Assembly: GCA_041664205.1 (NCBI GenBank)
Contig: JBAYLF010000002.1
Location: 29,690-93,689 of the forward strand
Reading direction: 5' to 3'
Origin: Minisyncoccota bacterium
Lineage (GTDB): Bacteria; Patescibacteriota; Minisyncoccia; Phycocordibacterales; JBAYLF01
Length of the DNA stretch: 64,000 bases
The position numbers and the translations under genes are program-made. This document shows, piece after piece, positions 30,251 through 38,630 of this stretch. The notes under the pieces were generated by a model. The model was not told the DNA's origin. It did not search any database and saw only the letters and a program-made list of their open reading frames with translations. The first letter of the stretch is position 1; each line of letters begins with the position of its first letter.

Positions 30251-31126
30251 TTACATAGCAGAATTTCGCCATTGATTTTCTATTCGTTCCTGAGCTTTAT
30301 TTTCATGCATTCTTTTTTCAAAAAATACATAGTCCATCAAATAATCCATCTCTATTTTAAATATTCTATCTAAATATTCCTCCAGATGACTCTCATGAAT
30401 TACATCAACATAAATGTTTCTTGAAATAACATTCTCATCAGTATAAGGTTCTTTCCATTCATAATTACGATAATATAAAAAATTTTTCAGTTCATTTCCA
30501 TCTTGATCGATTATTTTTCCAGGACCTTTATATACAACTAACGAATAAAATAATCCTTTTGTATGAAGTATGCGTGAGTTTCCGCGTAAATACAGTAATG
30601 CTTTGATTAATTGCATAATAGCTCCTAAAAGATTATTCTTACTATTCTTCCTCTTCGAACTTTCATTTTCATCCTCATCTTTATTTTTTGTTAGATTTAT
30701 ATTTTTTATGACAGGATCAATATTGAAAAAATGAAACCTACTTTTGTCATGTAAATTTTGAATATTATAACCATCTATAAAATAAACCCTTTCATCTTTC
30801 GGGTTCGGTCTTGAATAACAAGTAAAATCCTGATCTAAATATTTACACTCAATAACAAGAGATAATTGATTACCACGAGGATTAGAACTTTCTTTTTTTT
30901 GTATAGCCACGATATCTATATCTCTTGGCTTAAGCTCAACATCATCAATATAATTTTGCTCAGAAAATACTTCGAATCCATTTTTTCTAATACGATCTTC
31001 TATTTCATATTGGAATTCATATCCTAAAGTCATAATTTTTTTAATATTTAAATTAATTATATATAAATACGGTTCAATCACCATTCTTCTGGTAATAAAA
31101 ATTCTAATCTTGTAGGCACAATACAC
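30251..31126 (-). CDS. PD-(D/E)xK nuclease superfamily protein (Mrr/Hjc-like N-terminal domain) with uncharacterised C-terminal domain
   Basis: N-terminal pattern E(IED)...GFEV...RDIDIVAI...LVIECKY matches the restriction-endonuclease-fold E-D-ExK arrangement. The true start may be the internal M at 31033 (MTLGYEF...). Confidence 0.4.
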   Translation of the reverse strand: MYCAYKIRIFITRRMVIEPYLYIINLNIKKIMTLGYEFQYEIEDRIRKNGFEVFSEQNYIDDVELKPRDIDIVAIQKKESSNPRGNQLSLVIECKYLDQDFTCYSRPNPKDERVYFIDGYNIQNLHDKSRFHFFNIDPVIKNINLTKNKDEDENESSKRKNSKNNLLGAIMQLIKALLYLRGNSRILHTKGLFYSLVVYKGPGKIIDQDGNELKNFLYYRNYEWKEPYTDENVISRNIYVDVIHESHLEEYLDRIFKIEMDYLMDYVFFEKRMHENKAQERIENQWRNSAM

Positions 31127-31148
31127 CTTTTGAGTCCTCCTATTATAT

Positions 31149-32243
31149 CTAATATTTATATTTCTTCAATTCCTTTTTACCGGTCTTAACAAATTTTCCG
31201 AATTGGCGATCTTTTTCCCTTCTCTCAAGTTCTGTCATTTCATAAAATTCACTCTCTTTTCTTAGATTAATATAATTTGAATATTTTTCTGCACTCAATC
31301 TGCCGGAATTTAATTCCGCTAAAACTGCGCAATCAGGTTCGTGCACATGAGTGCAATCAGCAAATTTGCATTTTTCTGCTAGAGCCGTTATTTCGTCAAA
31401 GAAGTTATCTATACTAACAACAGCGTCAGTCATTCCAACTTCTCTCATACCAGGATTATCAATAACAATTCCACCATTTTCCAAAAAATACATTTCTCTT
31501 ACTGTAGTTGCGTGTTTACCTCTGCCAGTACGAAGACCTATGTCTTCGGTTTTAATAATATCTTTGCCAAACAACTTGTTTATCAAAGACGACTTTCCTA
31601 CTCCAGAAGAACCGAGGAAACAATAAGTCTTTCCTTTTTCAATATGTTTTTTTAATTCTTCTAAACCATAATCTTCCATGGCACTGGTTTTGATAATTTC
31701 AACTTCATTAAATCTATTTTTTATCTCTATCAATTTTGAATCAAGATCTTCTTTTGAAATCAGATCTATTTTACTCAAGACAATTACAGGCTTTACTCCT
31801 CCATCATTAGCTATGACAAAATATCTTTCAAAACGATTTAAGTTAAAATCTCTGTTAATAGATTCTACAATAAACACTTCGTCAATGTTTGAAGCTATGG
31901 TTTGTGTCTCGCTTTTGTTCTCGCCTCGGGTTTTGTCGCCATGCTTTCTTTTTATTAAAGTTTTTCTTGGCAATATTCCGTGGATCACAGCTTGTTCTGC
32001 ATTAAGTTCAGTGATCGCCACCCAATCTCCTACTGCTGGATAATCTTCTCGCGATGAAGCGTTAAGCATTTGTTTGCCAGTTATTTTTGCCAAAAATTCA
32101 CCATTAGCATTTTTTACTTTATAAGCGCCTCTGTGTTCGGCAATAACTCGTGCAACGCCAAAATTATCCAACCCTAATTTTTTGCGGTTAGATTCAAAAA
32201 AAGTATCATATCCCAAATCCTCAATAGTGATTTTTTCTTGCAT
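31149..32243 (-). CDS. rsgA: Ribosome small-subunit-dependent GTPase A
   Basis: 364 aa. Circularly permuted GTPase (LSKIDL, then GSSGVGKSSL) and a C-terminal zinc motif (C..C.H.....C). Confidence 0.8.
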   Translation of the reverse strand: MQEKITIEDLGYDTFFESNRKKLGLDNFGVARVIAEHRGAYKVKNANGEFLAKITGKQMLNASSREDYPAVGDWVAITELNAEQAVIHGILPRKTLIKRKHGDKTRGENKSETQTIASNIDEVFIVESINRDFNLNRFERYFVIANDGGVKPVIVLSKIDLISKEDLDSKLIEIKNRFNEVEIIKTSAMEDYGLEELKKHIEKGKTYCFLGSSGVGKSSLINKLFGKDIIKTEDIGLRTGRGKHATTVREMYFLENGGIVIDNPGMREVGMTDAVVSIDNFFDEITALAEKCKFADCTHVHEPDCAVLAELNSGRLSAEKYSNYINLRKESEFYEMTELERREKDRQFGKFVKTGKKELKKYKY

Positions 32244-32296
32244 GTTTATAGTCTATCAGGATTCTAAATTGTCGGATAGATTTATTCTAAATTTAG

Positions 32297-32596
32297 TTAG
32301 ACGGAAAAGGCAATGAGAACAATGATTGTGGTTATAAAAGCGAACGTGAGGAGCGTTTTTGTAAAAAGCTCTATAGCCTCGCGCTTTTGCCCATCTATAT
32401 ACATAAGTGCCGGCTGAAAGACAAAAGTGTAGCCCATGAAAGCAACAGAGAGTACTAATAGGCTAAGCATCGCCATCGGAGCTAAGATTGTATCAGGCTT
32501 TTCTCTGACGAATGTTGGACCGTAGGAAATAAGAAGTACGACGAAAACTATATAAGCTCCAGCAATTATTGCATTAATGTATGGATTTTTAGTCAT
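32297..32596 (-). CDS. Hypothetical small membrane protein
   Basis: 99 aa, 3 TM helices. Confidence 0.4.
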   Translation of the reverse strand: MTKNPYINAIIAGAYIVFVVLLISYGPTFVREKPDTILAPMAMLSLLVLSVAFMGYTFVFQPALMYIDGQKREAIELFTKTLLTFAFITTIIVLIAFSV

Positions 32597-32649
32597 GTTT
32601 CTATTGTATCAAACTTTTAGCTAACCGTCTGGGATAATATCAGTGACTA

Positions 32650-33096
32650 TTATTTCTCAATAATCTTTTTAAGCTGATCGATAACTGCTTTTTCCCAGGA
32701 TTTCATCGAATACCCTTTGATAAGTGGTGTTGCAACTATACGTAACCATTTTTTATGAATGGTGACTTGATAAGTATAGTCGATCAAAGTTCCTTCGGCG
32801 TGTGGGAAAAGCAATAGCTCTTCATGTCCAGAAGTCCCAAACTGATAACTATCATTATCTGAGATAAAACCTTTACCTGGAAGAATTTGAGTCTTCATCT
32901 TCACTTGAAATCTTTTACCGAATGATTTTACAGTTGCTTCCATTTCTAAGTAATTTCCTTCACGTTTATTAATTTGTACTGATTCAGCGACTTTTGGAAA
33001 ATGCTCCGGAAGTTTTTCGAAGTCGGTCATTATTTTAAATACTTCGTCTATAGGAGCTTTAACGACCCATTGATTGTGAAGTGTTATTTCGTTCAT
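32650..33096 (-). CDS. SRPBCC (START/Bet v1-like, polyketide_cyc2) family protein
   Basis: 148 aa with typical SRPBCC fold signatures. Confidence 0.55.
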   Translation of the reverse strand: MNEITLHNQWVVKAPIDEVFKIMTDFEKLPEHFPKVAESVQINKREGNYLEMEATVKSFGKRFQVKMKTQILPGKGFISDNDSYQFGTSGHEELLLFPHAEGTLIDYTYQVTIHKKWLRIVATPLIKGYSMKSWEKAVIDQLKKIIEK

Positions 33097-33184
33097 GTAG
33101 AGTATTCTACAATAATTTGCTGGAGGTGACCAACATACATTACTACCACATTGTGGCTGATCATCTGGTACAAAACTGGAACTT

Positions 33185-33502
33185 TTATTTCAGATACGTA
33201 AACCATTTTTTGGTGATAGCTTTGACTGGGTCAATCCCTTCACTTTCTGCAAACAAAAGAAGGTAAGAAAACATATCGGCAAATTCGTTTGAAAACATTG
33301 TCTTTATTTCTTCTTTACTTTTTCCTTTCTGACGCCCCCTGTCTGTAAGCATCAAATATGTTTGCAAACACTCTCCCCACTCCTCGGTTATCTTGAACGG
33401 CAAATAATCCCTGTCTATTTTCACATCTGGAAAATCCTTTTTATATCTTTCCATCACCTTCTTGACCTTTTTGGTAATTTCTTTTAATTCACTTTTTGCC
33501 AT
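33185..33502 (-). CDS. MazG-like nucleotide pyrophosphohydrolase domain protein
   Basis: 105 aa. EEWGEC and FADMFSYLLLFAESEGID correspond to the MazG EExGE / DxLxYL helices. Confidence 0.5.
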   Translation of the reverse strand: MAKSELKEITKKVKKVMERYKKDFPDVKIDRDYLPFKITEEWGECLQTYLMLTDRGRQKGKSKEEIKTMFSNEFADMFSYLLLFAESEGIDPVKAITKKWFTYLK

Positions 33503-33594
33503 GCAATTAATTTAACACTTATAGTTCAAATTTACGATCGGGGTATCTGTTACAATATTGGAATCATTCTCTCAGCCAATAATTCTAACACTAA

Positions 33595-34206
33595 TCATTC
33601 TTTATCAGCCAATACTACCAATCGTCTAGAATAACTTTTAGAAACTTTGTCCCAAACTCCTTCACAAGTTATGAGATTAAGATGTGCCTTTCCATCACTT
33701 GAACTAAATACCTCTGTAGCATTCGCTTTTGTATCATACAGCCGACTTTCGCGTACCACAAAAGTAGTAATAATTCCTTTTTCATCCTCAATGTATATTT
33801 GATCTCCCTTTTGTAATTTATATAAATTATCAAACACAGCCAGTATGTTATCTTTCCAACCATAATGTCCGGAAATAACTGCACTACCAATCTCTCCTGG
33901 ACGCGGGCCTAGATTGTACCAAGCTACATTAGTGGGACCTTTTGGTACATCCATATCCCCTTGAGCCGTAAGACCAATATACTCGACAAAAGCATCAACA
34001 TTAATCTTTGGGATCTGAAGACGAACAGGTAAAGCAACTTTTGTATTATTTTTTATAGTAGGCGGCATTAAAACTTTCTCAATCTGAATATGATCAAAAG
34101 GTTGGATAGAATTATGTTTAATAAAATAAAAAATAAATGCTAAAAAAATTGCAACCCCCAAAAAAACAACAGCTAACAGTTTTTTTGATAATATTTTAAT
34201 TTTCAT
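33595..34206 (-). CDS. Sortase (transpeptidase)
   Basis: 203 aa. N-terminal TM anchor, catalytic His (ISGHYG) and TLITC motif (LNLITCEG). Confidence 0.8.
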   Translation of the reverse strand: MKIKILSKKLLAVVFLGVAIFLAFIFYFIKHNSIQPFDHIQIEKVLMPPTIKNNTKVALPVRLQIPKINVDAFVEYIGLTAQGDMDVPKGPTNVAWYNLGPRPGEIGSAVISGHYGWKDNILAVFDNLYKLQKGDQIYIEDEKGIITTFVVRESRLYDTKANATEVFSSSDGKAHLNLITCEGVWDKVSKSYSRRLVVLADKE

Positions 34207-34289
34207 AAATTCTCCAAAGCTTAATTATACCATTAAAGCCAGACAAAAATTGGTCTGGCTTTAATATCTTATTTTCTAGTTATTCTAAC

Positions 34290-35054
34290 TTATACTAATT
34301 TGTTTGTTTTTATGTCTGTGTTTGTCTGTTTTCTTCGAAGAAAGTAAACTAAAACTAAAACTAAAACAAGAACACCTACAAGAGTGATAATTTTTATCCA
34401 ATCCGAAGAAAATCCAGTATTTGGAAGTCCTGGTGCAGCAACAACAACGGTTACTGGCGATAAATCAACTGCGGTCAAACCATTAGCATGACCAACAGCC
34501 GTACCAATATTTGTCGGACTATCGTTAACAATTACATCCACTGCACCATAACTGCCACTATTCCATAATCCTCCCGTGGCAGTGATTAAATCACCAGTTA
34601 TTGCTGAATCATTAGTCCATGTGATCCCGTCAGTAGACTCGGCATAATGCATGGCACTATTGGTATAAGGGCTGACGGTATTCCAATACCATATTCTGAA
34701 TTTTCCCTCGGTAAACTCCACATGAGGGTGACCGGCGTTATCAGGAATCAGTCCGGATACTTGGTTGGTTACAAGCGTCCAAGATAAACCATCAACCGAA
34801 GTGGCATAAGCAATCGTGCTGTTGCCTGAAGTAGAATTTGATTGATACCACATCCTATAGTCATTAGCTCCTATTTTAAGGACTGTGGGGAAATAAGCTT
34901 TTTCAGCAGTGATAACCGGATCATAAATTGGGTTTGTTGGATATTCAACCCATGTTGAAGCTAAAACTGTCGAACCAGCAAAAAGAAACAGAAAAAATAC
35001 AAAGGTCAATCTTGTTGTTACCGACATTAAAAATATGAACTTTTTTTTAAGCAT
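34290..35054 (-). CDS. LPXTG-anchored secreted protein with BNR/Asp-box repeats (sortase substrate)
   Basis: Signal peptide and SxDGxxW Asp-box repeats (SVDGLSW, STDGITW). C-terminal LPNTG, then a hydrophobic stretch and RRK. Confidence 0.7.
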   Translation of the reverse strand: MLKKKFIFLMSVTTRLTFVFFLFLFAGSTVLASTWVEYPTNPIYDPVITAEKAYFPTVLKIGANDYRMWYQSNSTSGNSTIAYATSVDGLSWTLVTNQVSGLIPDNAGHPHVEFTEGKFRIWYWNTVSPYTNSAMHYAESTDGITWTNDSAITGDLITATGGLWNSGSYGAVDVIVNDSPTNIGTAVGHANGLTAVDLSPVTVVVAAPGLPNTGFSSDWIKIITLVGVLVLVLVLVYFLRRKQTNTDIKTNKLV

Positions 35055-35168
35055 ATCAATGATGTTTTTATTTTACAGACGTCAATAAACATTCCTAATA
35101 TTTAACAAGGTTTCTTGTACTAATTAGTTGTGAAAAATATAAATAAAATATTTAATAAGTTGTTCAAC

Positions 35169-35525
35169 TTATTTTTGATCTGGCTTATCTGAAGTTGTGT
35201 TTTCGTCTCGATCACCAAACTTTTTCATCATTTCATAATAACCTTCAAAATATCCTTCGCGGTGCGCACCTCGTTTAATGAAGATATAAATTGGATACAA
35301 CAACATGACAAGTCCAACAAAAACAAACAATTTGTTCTGAAAATACAAAATCATTGCAATACCCATAACAGCAATTACCATAAGTCCAGCAAGACTCATT
35401 CCGCTGACATTCTTTGAAACTCCTTTATACTCTTCGTGTAATTTATTCAATTCTTCCTGTGTCGCATTCTTTATTTTTCCAACATTCTTTTTATTAAATT
35501 TCATAACGATAATATCACTAAACAA
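35169..35525 (-). CDS. Hypothetical membrane protein
   Basis: 118 aa, 2 TM helices. Confidence 0.4.
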   Translation of the reverse strand: MFSDIIVMKFNKKNVGKIKNATQEELNKLHEEYKGVSKNVSGMSLAGLMVIAVMGIAMILYFQNKLFVFVGLVMLLYPIYIFIKRGAHREGYFEGYYEMMKKFGDRDENTTSDKPDQK

Positions 35526-35819
35526 AATTATTAAACTGTTCTTTTATTTTACTATTATTTAAAAACTTCAGATGTCATCTTGTGGATAAAAAATAAATTT
35601 TTTATCAATTAATTATTAACAAGGCATCATTCAAATTGTAAAAATTAAACTCTTTTTAATCAAAATAACATACTTAATAAAGAAATTTTGATTGTTGTTA
35701 GTTAAAAACAAAAATCCATTCATTGTGACGTTTATTATAATAATACGTTATTAACTTATTTCTAATTTATTTTGATATAATAAAAATTATCTTTATCTTT
35801 TAAAAATAATTTTATTTAA

Positions 35820-37310
35820 ATGACCCAAGAACCACAAGATAAATCAAATGGGGACGGAGGAGGATCGCTCTTACAACTCGCGGCTATAGTTGAAGAATCT
35901 CACGACGCCATCATAGGTGAAACACTTGAAGGCATCATCACTAGTTGGAATGGTGGCGCAACGAAGATGTTTGGTTATTCTGCAGAGGAAGCGATAGGAA
36001 AATCAATCTCTATTTTGATCCCTTTAGAAATGAAAGATGAGGCGTTATTACTGTTAAATAAAGTTGCCGCGGGAGAAGTGATTGCCGACCATGATTCAGT
36101 AAGATCACGAAAAGATGGAACAAAGATTAATGTTGCGATATCTGTTTCTCCTGTCCACACAAAAGATGGTGTAATAATCGGCGCTTCGGTTGTTGAACGC
36201 GACATAACACTGCGTAAAAAATCTGAAGAATCAATGCGTCAGATTCAACTAATTGTAGAAAACTCACACGACGCAATTATTGGTAAAACACTTGAAGGCA
36301 TCATCACTAGTTGGAATGGTGGCGCAACGAAGATGTTTGGTTATTCTCCTGACGAAGTAATTGGAAAACCAATGACAAATCTATTTCCAGCAGAACTTAA
36401 GGATGAATTACCAAAATTACTTGAAAAGGTAAAACAGGGAGAAGTGATTGCTGATTATGATTCAATTTGGTTACGAAAAGATAATTCTCGCGCTGATGTG
36501 GAATTTTCAATCTCACCCGTTCATGCTGAAGATGGCACAATTATTGGTGCTTCTCTTGTTGGTAGAGATATTACAGAACGTAAAAAAAACGAAAAAGAAA
36601 TTAAAGAGCTGAACGAAGTTCGTAATAAATTCATAACCATTATTTCCCATCAATTAAGAACCCCCCTCACGGCCGTAAATTGGAATCTCGAATCAGTATT
36701 AAGTGGTAAATTTGGCAAACTAGAAGATACTGTGAACAAATTTTTACAAATCACCTATAAATCAAGCATTGAAATTACTAATCGTATTAATGATCTGCTT
36801 ACAGCAATGGATATTGAAGAAGGACGCGTAGTATTTCAAAAAGAAGAAGTTGCTCTCGATAGTATAGTCGCAGCAGTTATAAATGAAATGATGAAGAGGA
36901 GTGAAGCAAAAAATATTTCATGGCAATACGCCGCACCTGAGAAAGATCTTCCTGTTATTGAGGGTGATGGTGAAAAAATCCGAACAATTGTTAATAAACT
37001 AATAGAAAATGCGGTTACTTATACTAAAGATAATGGCAAAATTATTATCAAACTTGAAATGCGTGAAGATATGATCCATTTTGAAATCAATGATACTGGT
37101 GTCGGTATTCCTACACCAGAACAACATCGTTTATTTACTCGTTTTTTCCGAGCATCAAACGCTTCAGTTATGCAGCCGGATTCATTCGGACTAGGTCTAT
37201 TTATAACCAAAAGCTTTATTGAGCAACATGGTGGAAAAATCGGATTTGAAAGTAAAGAAGGAGAAGGAAGTATATTCTGGTTTGAGATACCAATAAAATC
37301 TACTCATTAA
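35820..37310 (+). CDS. Sensor histidine kinase with two tandem PAS domains (HisKA + HATPase_c)
   Basis: 496 aa. Two near-identical PAS blocks (EESHDAIIGETLEGIITSWNGGATKMFGYS...). H-box ISHQLRTPL. N/G1/G2 boxes (ENAVTYT, DTGVGIP, GLGL). Confidence 0.85.
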   Translation: MTQEPQDKSNGDGGGSLLQLAAIVEESHDAIIGETLEGIITSWNGGATKMFGYSAEEAIGKSISILIPLEMKDEALLLLNKVAAGEVIADHDSVRSRKDGTKINVAISVSPVHTKDGVIIGASVVERDITLRKKSEESMRQIQLIVENSHDAIIGKTLEGIITSWNGGATKMFGYSPDEVIGKPMTNLFPAELKDELPKLLEKVKQGEVIADYDSIWLRKDNSRADVEFSISPVHAEDGTIIGASLVGRDITERKKNEKEIKELNEVRNKFITIISHQLRTPLTAVNWNLESVLSGKFGKLEDTVNKFLQITYKSSIEITNRINDLLTAMDIEEGRVVFQKEEVALDSIVAAVINEMMKRSEAKNISWQYAAPEKDLPVIEGDGEKIRTIVNKLIENAVTYTKDNGKIIIKLEMREDMIHFEINDTGVGIPTPEQHRLFTRFFRASNASVMQPDSFGLGLFITKSFIEQHGGKIGFESKEGEGSIFWFEIPIKSTH

Positions 37311-37352
37311 TAAATTAAATTAATACAACGTAACTTATTCTAGATGTCAATA

Positions 37353-37519
37353 GCTGGGGAACAGGGATTCTCTCCTTACAGGAGCTGTACACCCTTCGTA
37401 TCGTGCTCGCAAAGCTCCGCGCGATATACTCAGGGTTTTCGAATCCCTGACGGAAGCAAAATTATTTGCTTCCTTTCCCACAGCACTACGCTGCGCTTCG
37501 TGCTGGGGAACAGGGATTC
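37353..37519. repeat. 18-bp direct repeat gctggggaacagggattc (37353-37370 and 37502-37519); the second copy is the 3' end of tRNA-Gln
   Basis: Exact duplication of the tRNA-Gln T-loop 3' half plus acceptor 3' strand. The 131-bp interval contains tRNA-arm-like hairpins (cagggttttcgaatccctg; ggaagcaaaattatttgcttcc). Confidence 0.7.
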
Positions 37520-37573
37520 GAACCCCAATTAACGGCTTCAAAGGCCGCTGTCCTACCTTTAGACGATTCCCCA
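37503..37573 (-). tRNA. tRNA-Gln (anticodon UUG); CCA not encoded
   Basis: Minus-strand sequence TGGGGAATCGTCTAAAGGTAGGACAGCGGCCTTTGAAGCCGTTAATTGGGGTTCGAATCCCTGTTCCCCAG folds as a cloverleaf with U1-A72, G73 and anticodon loop CTTTGAA. It closely resembles E. coli tRNA-Gln. Confidence 0.8.
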
Positions 37574-37577
37574 ATAT

Positions 37578-38630
37578 TTATTTATCTTGCCCCAACAATT
37601 TGATTAACGCAAGCTCCAAAGGAAGTTCTGGCAAATACGACTTCCCTACGTTATCATAAGCGTTCAAAAACTCTAACAAAGTCCCAGAATTTATATTCAG
37701 ATCTTTGCGCTGGCTCAACTCTTTAAATAATTCAGCATCTTCTTCAGAAAAATCGCTTAGCATATTAACCTCATTTGGAACAAATCGAAGCATCAGAAGC
37801 GCACGCAATTTCTTGAGAATTAGTTTTAAATATATCTTCATATCGATATCGTTTTCGGAAGCGGAACGAATTGCTTTGAGTCCTTTCTCAAGATCCTTTT
37901 CAGTGAGTGAAATAATAATGTTATTGACCAAAGTGCTCGCTGGGATTCCTGTTATTTTTTCTACATCGCTTGCTGTTATCTTTTTACCTTGTATTCCTGA
38001 AATAACTTTTTGCAAAACTCCCTGTGCGTCGCGAAAAGATCCTTCACCTAAAAGCGCAATGAGATCTGCGCCTGCAGGCTCAAGCTCAAATTCCTCTTCT
38101 TTTGCGTTTTTCAGTATTAAACTTTTTAATAATTTCTGGCCCGGCTTCTTAAAAGTAAAATGCTGACAGCGAGAAATGACCGTGTCCGGAAGCTTGTGAA
38201 CTTCTGTTGTGGCTAAAATAAAAACGGCGTGTGAAGGTGGTTCTTCCAAAGTTTTTAAAAGTGCGTTGAATGCTTCTTTTGTAAGCATGTGAACTTCATC
38301 AACAATATATACTTTGTATTTTGATTCGTAAGGAAGAGTGCTCACTGAATCGCGAATTTCGCGAATGTCATCAATTCCTCTATTCGATGCGGCATCAATT
38401 TCGTAGAGGTCGTGTTCTTTTGTACCGATCTCATCTGCAAAAATTCTAGCGATCGAGGTCTTGCCAGTTCCACGAGATCCAGCAAAAAGATATGCGTGAG
38501 AAATTGCATCATTTTTTATTGAGCCTTTTAGAGCATCAACAACATGGTCTTGCCCTAATACATCTTTAAATTTATGAGGACGATATTTGCGGTAAAGCGC
38601 TGTGTGGTTTTCTTGGTCTTTATCTTTCAT
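37578..38630 (-). CDS. dnaX: DNA polymerase III subunit gamma/tau (short form)
   Basis: 350 aa with Walker A GSRGTGKTS, DEVHML and the SRC motif (ISRCQHF). Confidence 0.8.
   Translation of the reverse strand: MKDKDQENHTALYRKYRPHKFKDVLGQDHVVDALKGSIKNDAISHAYLFAGSRGTGKTSIARIFADEIGTKEHDLYEIDAASNRGIDDIREIRDSVSTLPYESKYKVYIVDEVHMLTKEAFNALLKTLEEPPSHAVFILATTEVHKLPDTVISRCQHFTFKKPGQKLLKSLILKNAKEEEFELEPAGADLIALLGEGSFRDAQGVLQKVISGIQGKKITASDVEKITGIPASTLVNNIIISLTEKDLEKGLKAIRSASENDIDMKIYLKLILKKLRALLMLRFVPNEVNMLSDFSEEDAELFKELSQRKDLNINSGTLLEFLNAYDNVGKSYLPELPLELALIKLLGQDK

Noticed and set aside
37344-37574. ORF-track frames 37344-37532 (+) and 37347-37574 (-)
   Set aside because: They cover tRNA-Gln and the adjacent tRNA-like GC-rich segment. 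The openness in both strands is due to structured-RNA sequence, not coding.
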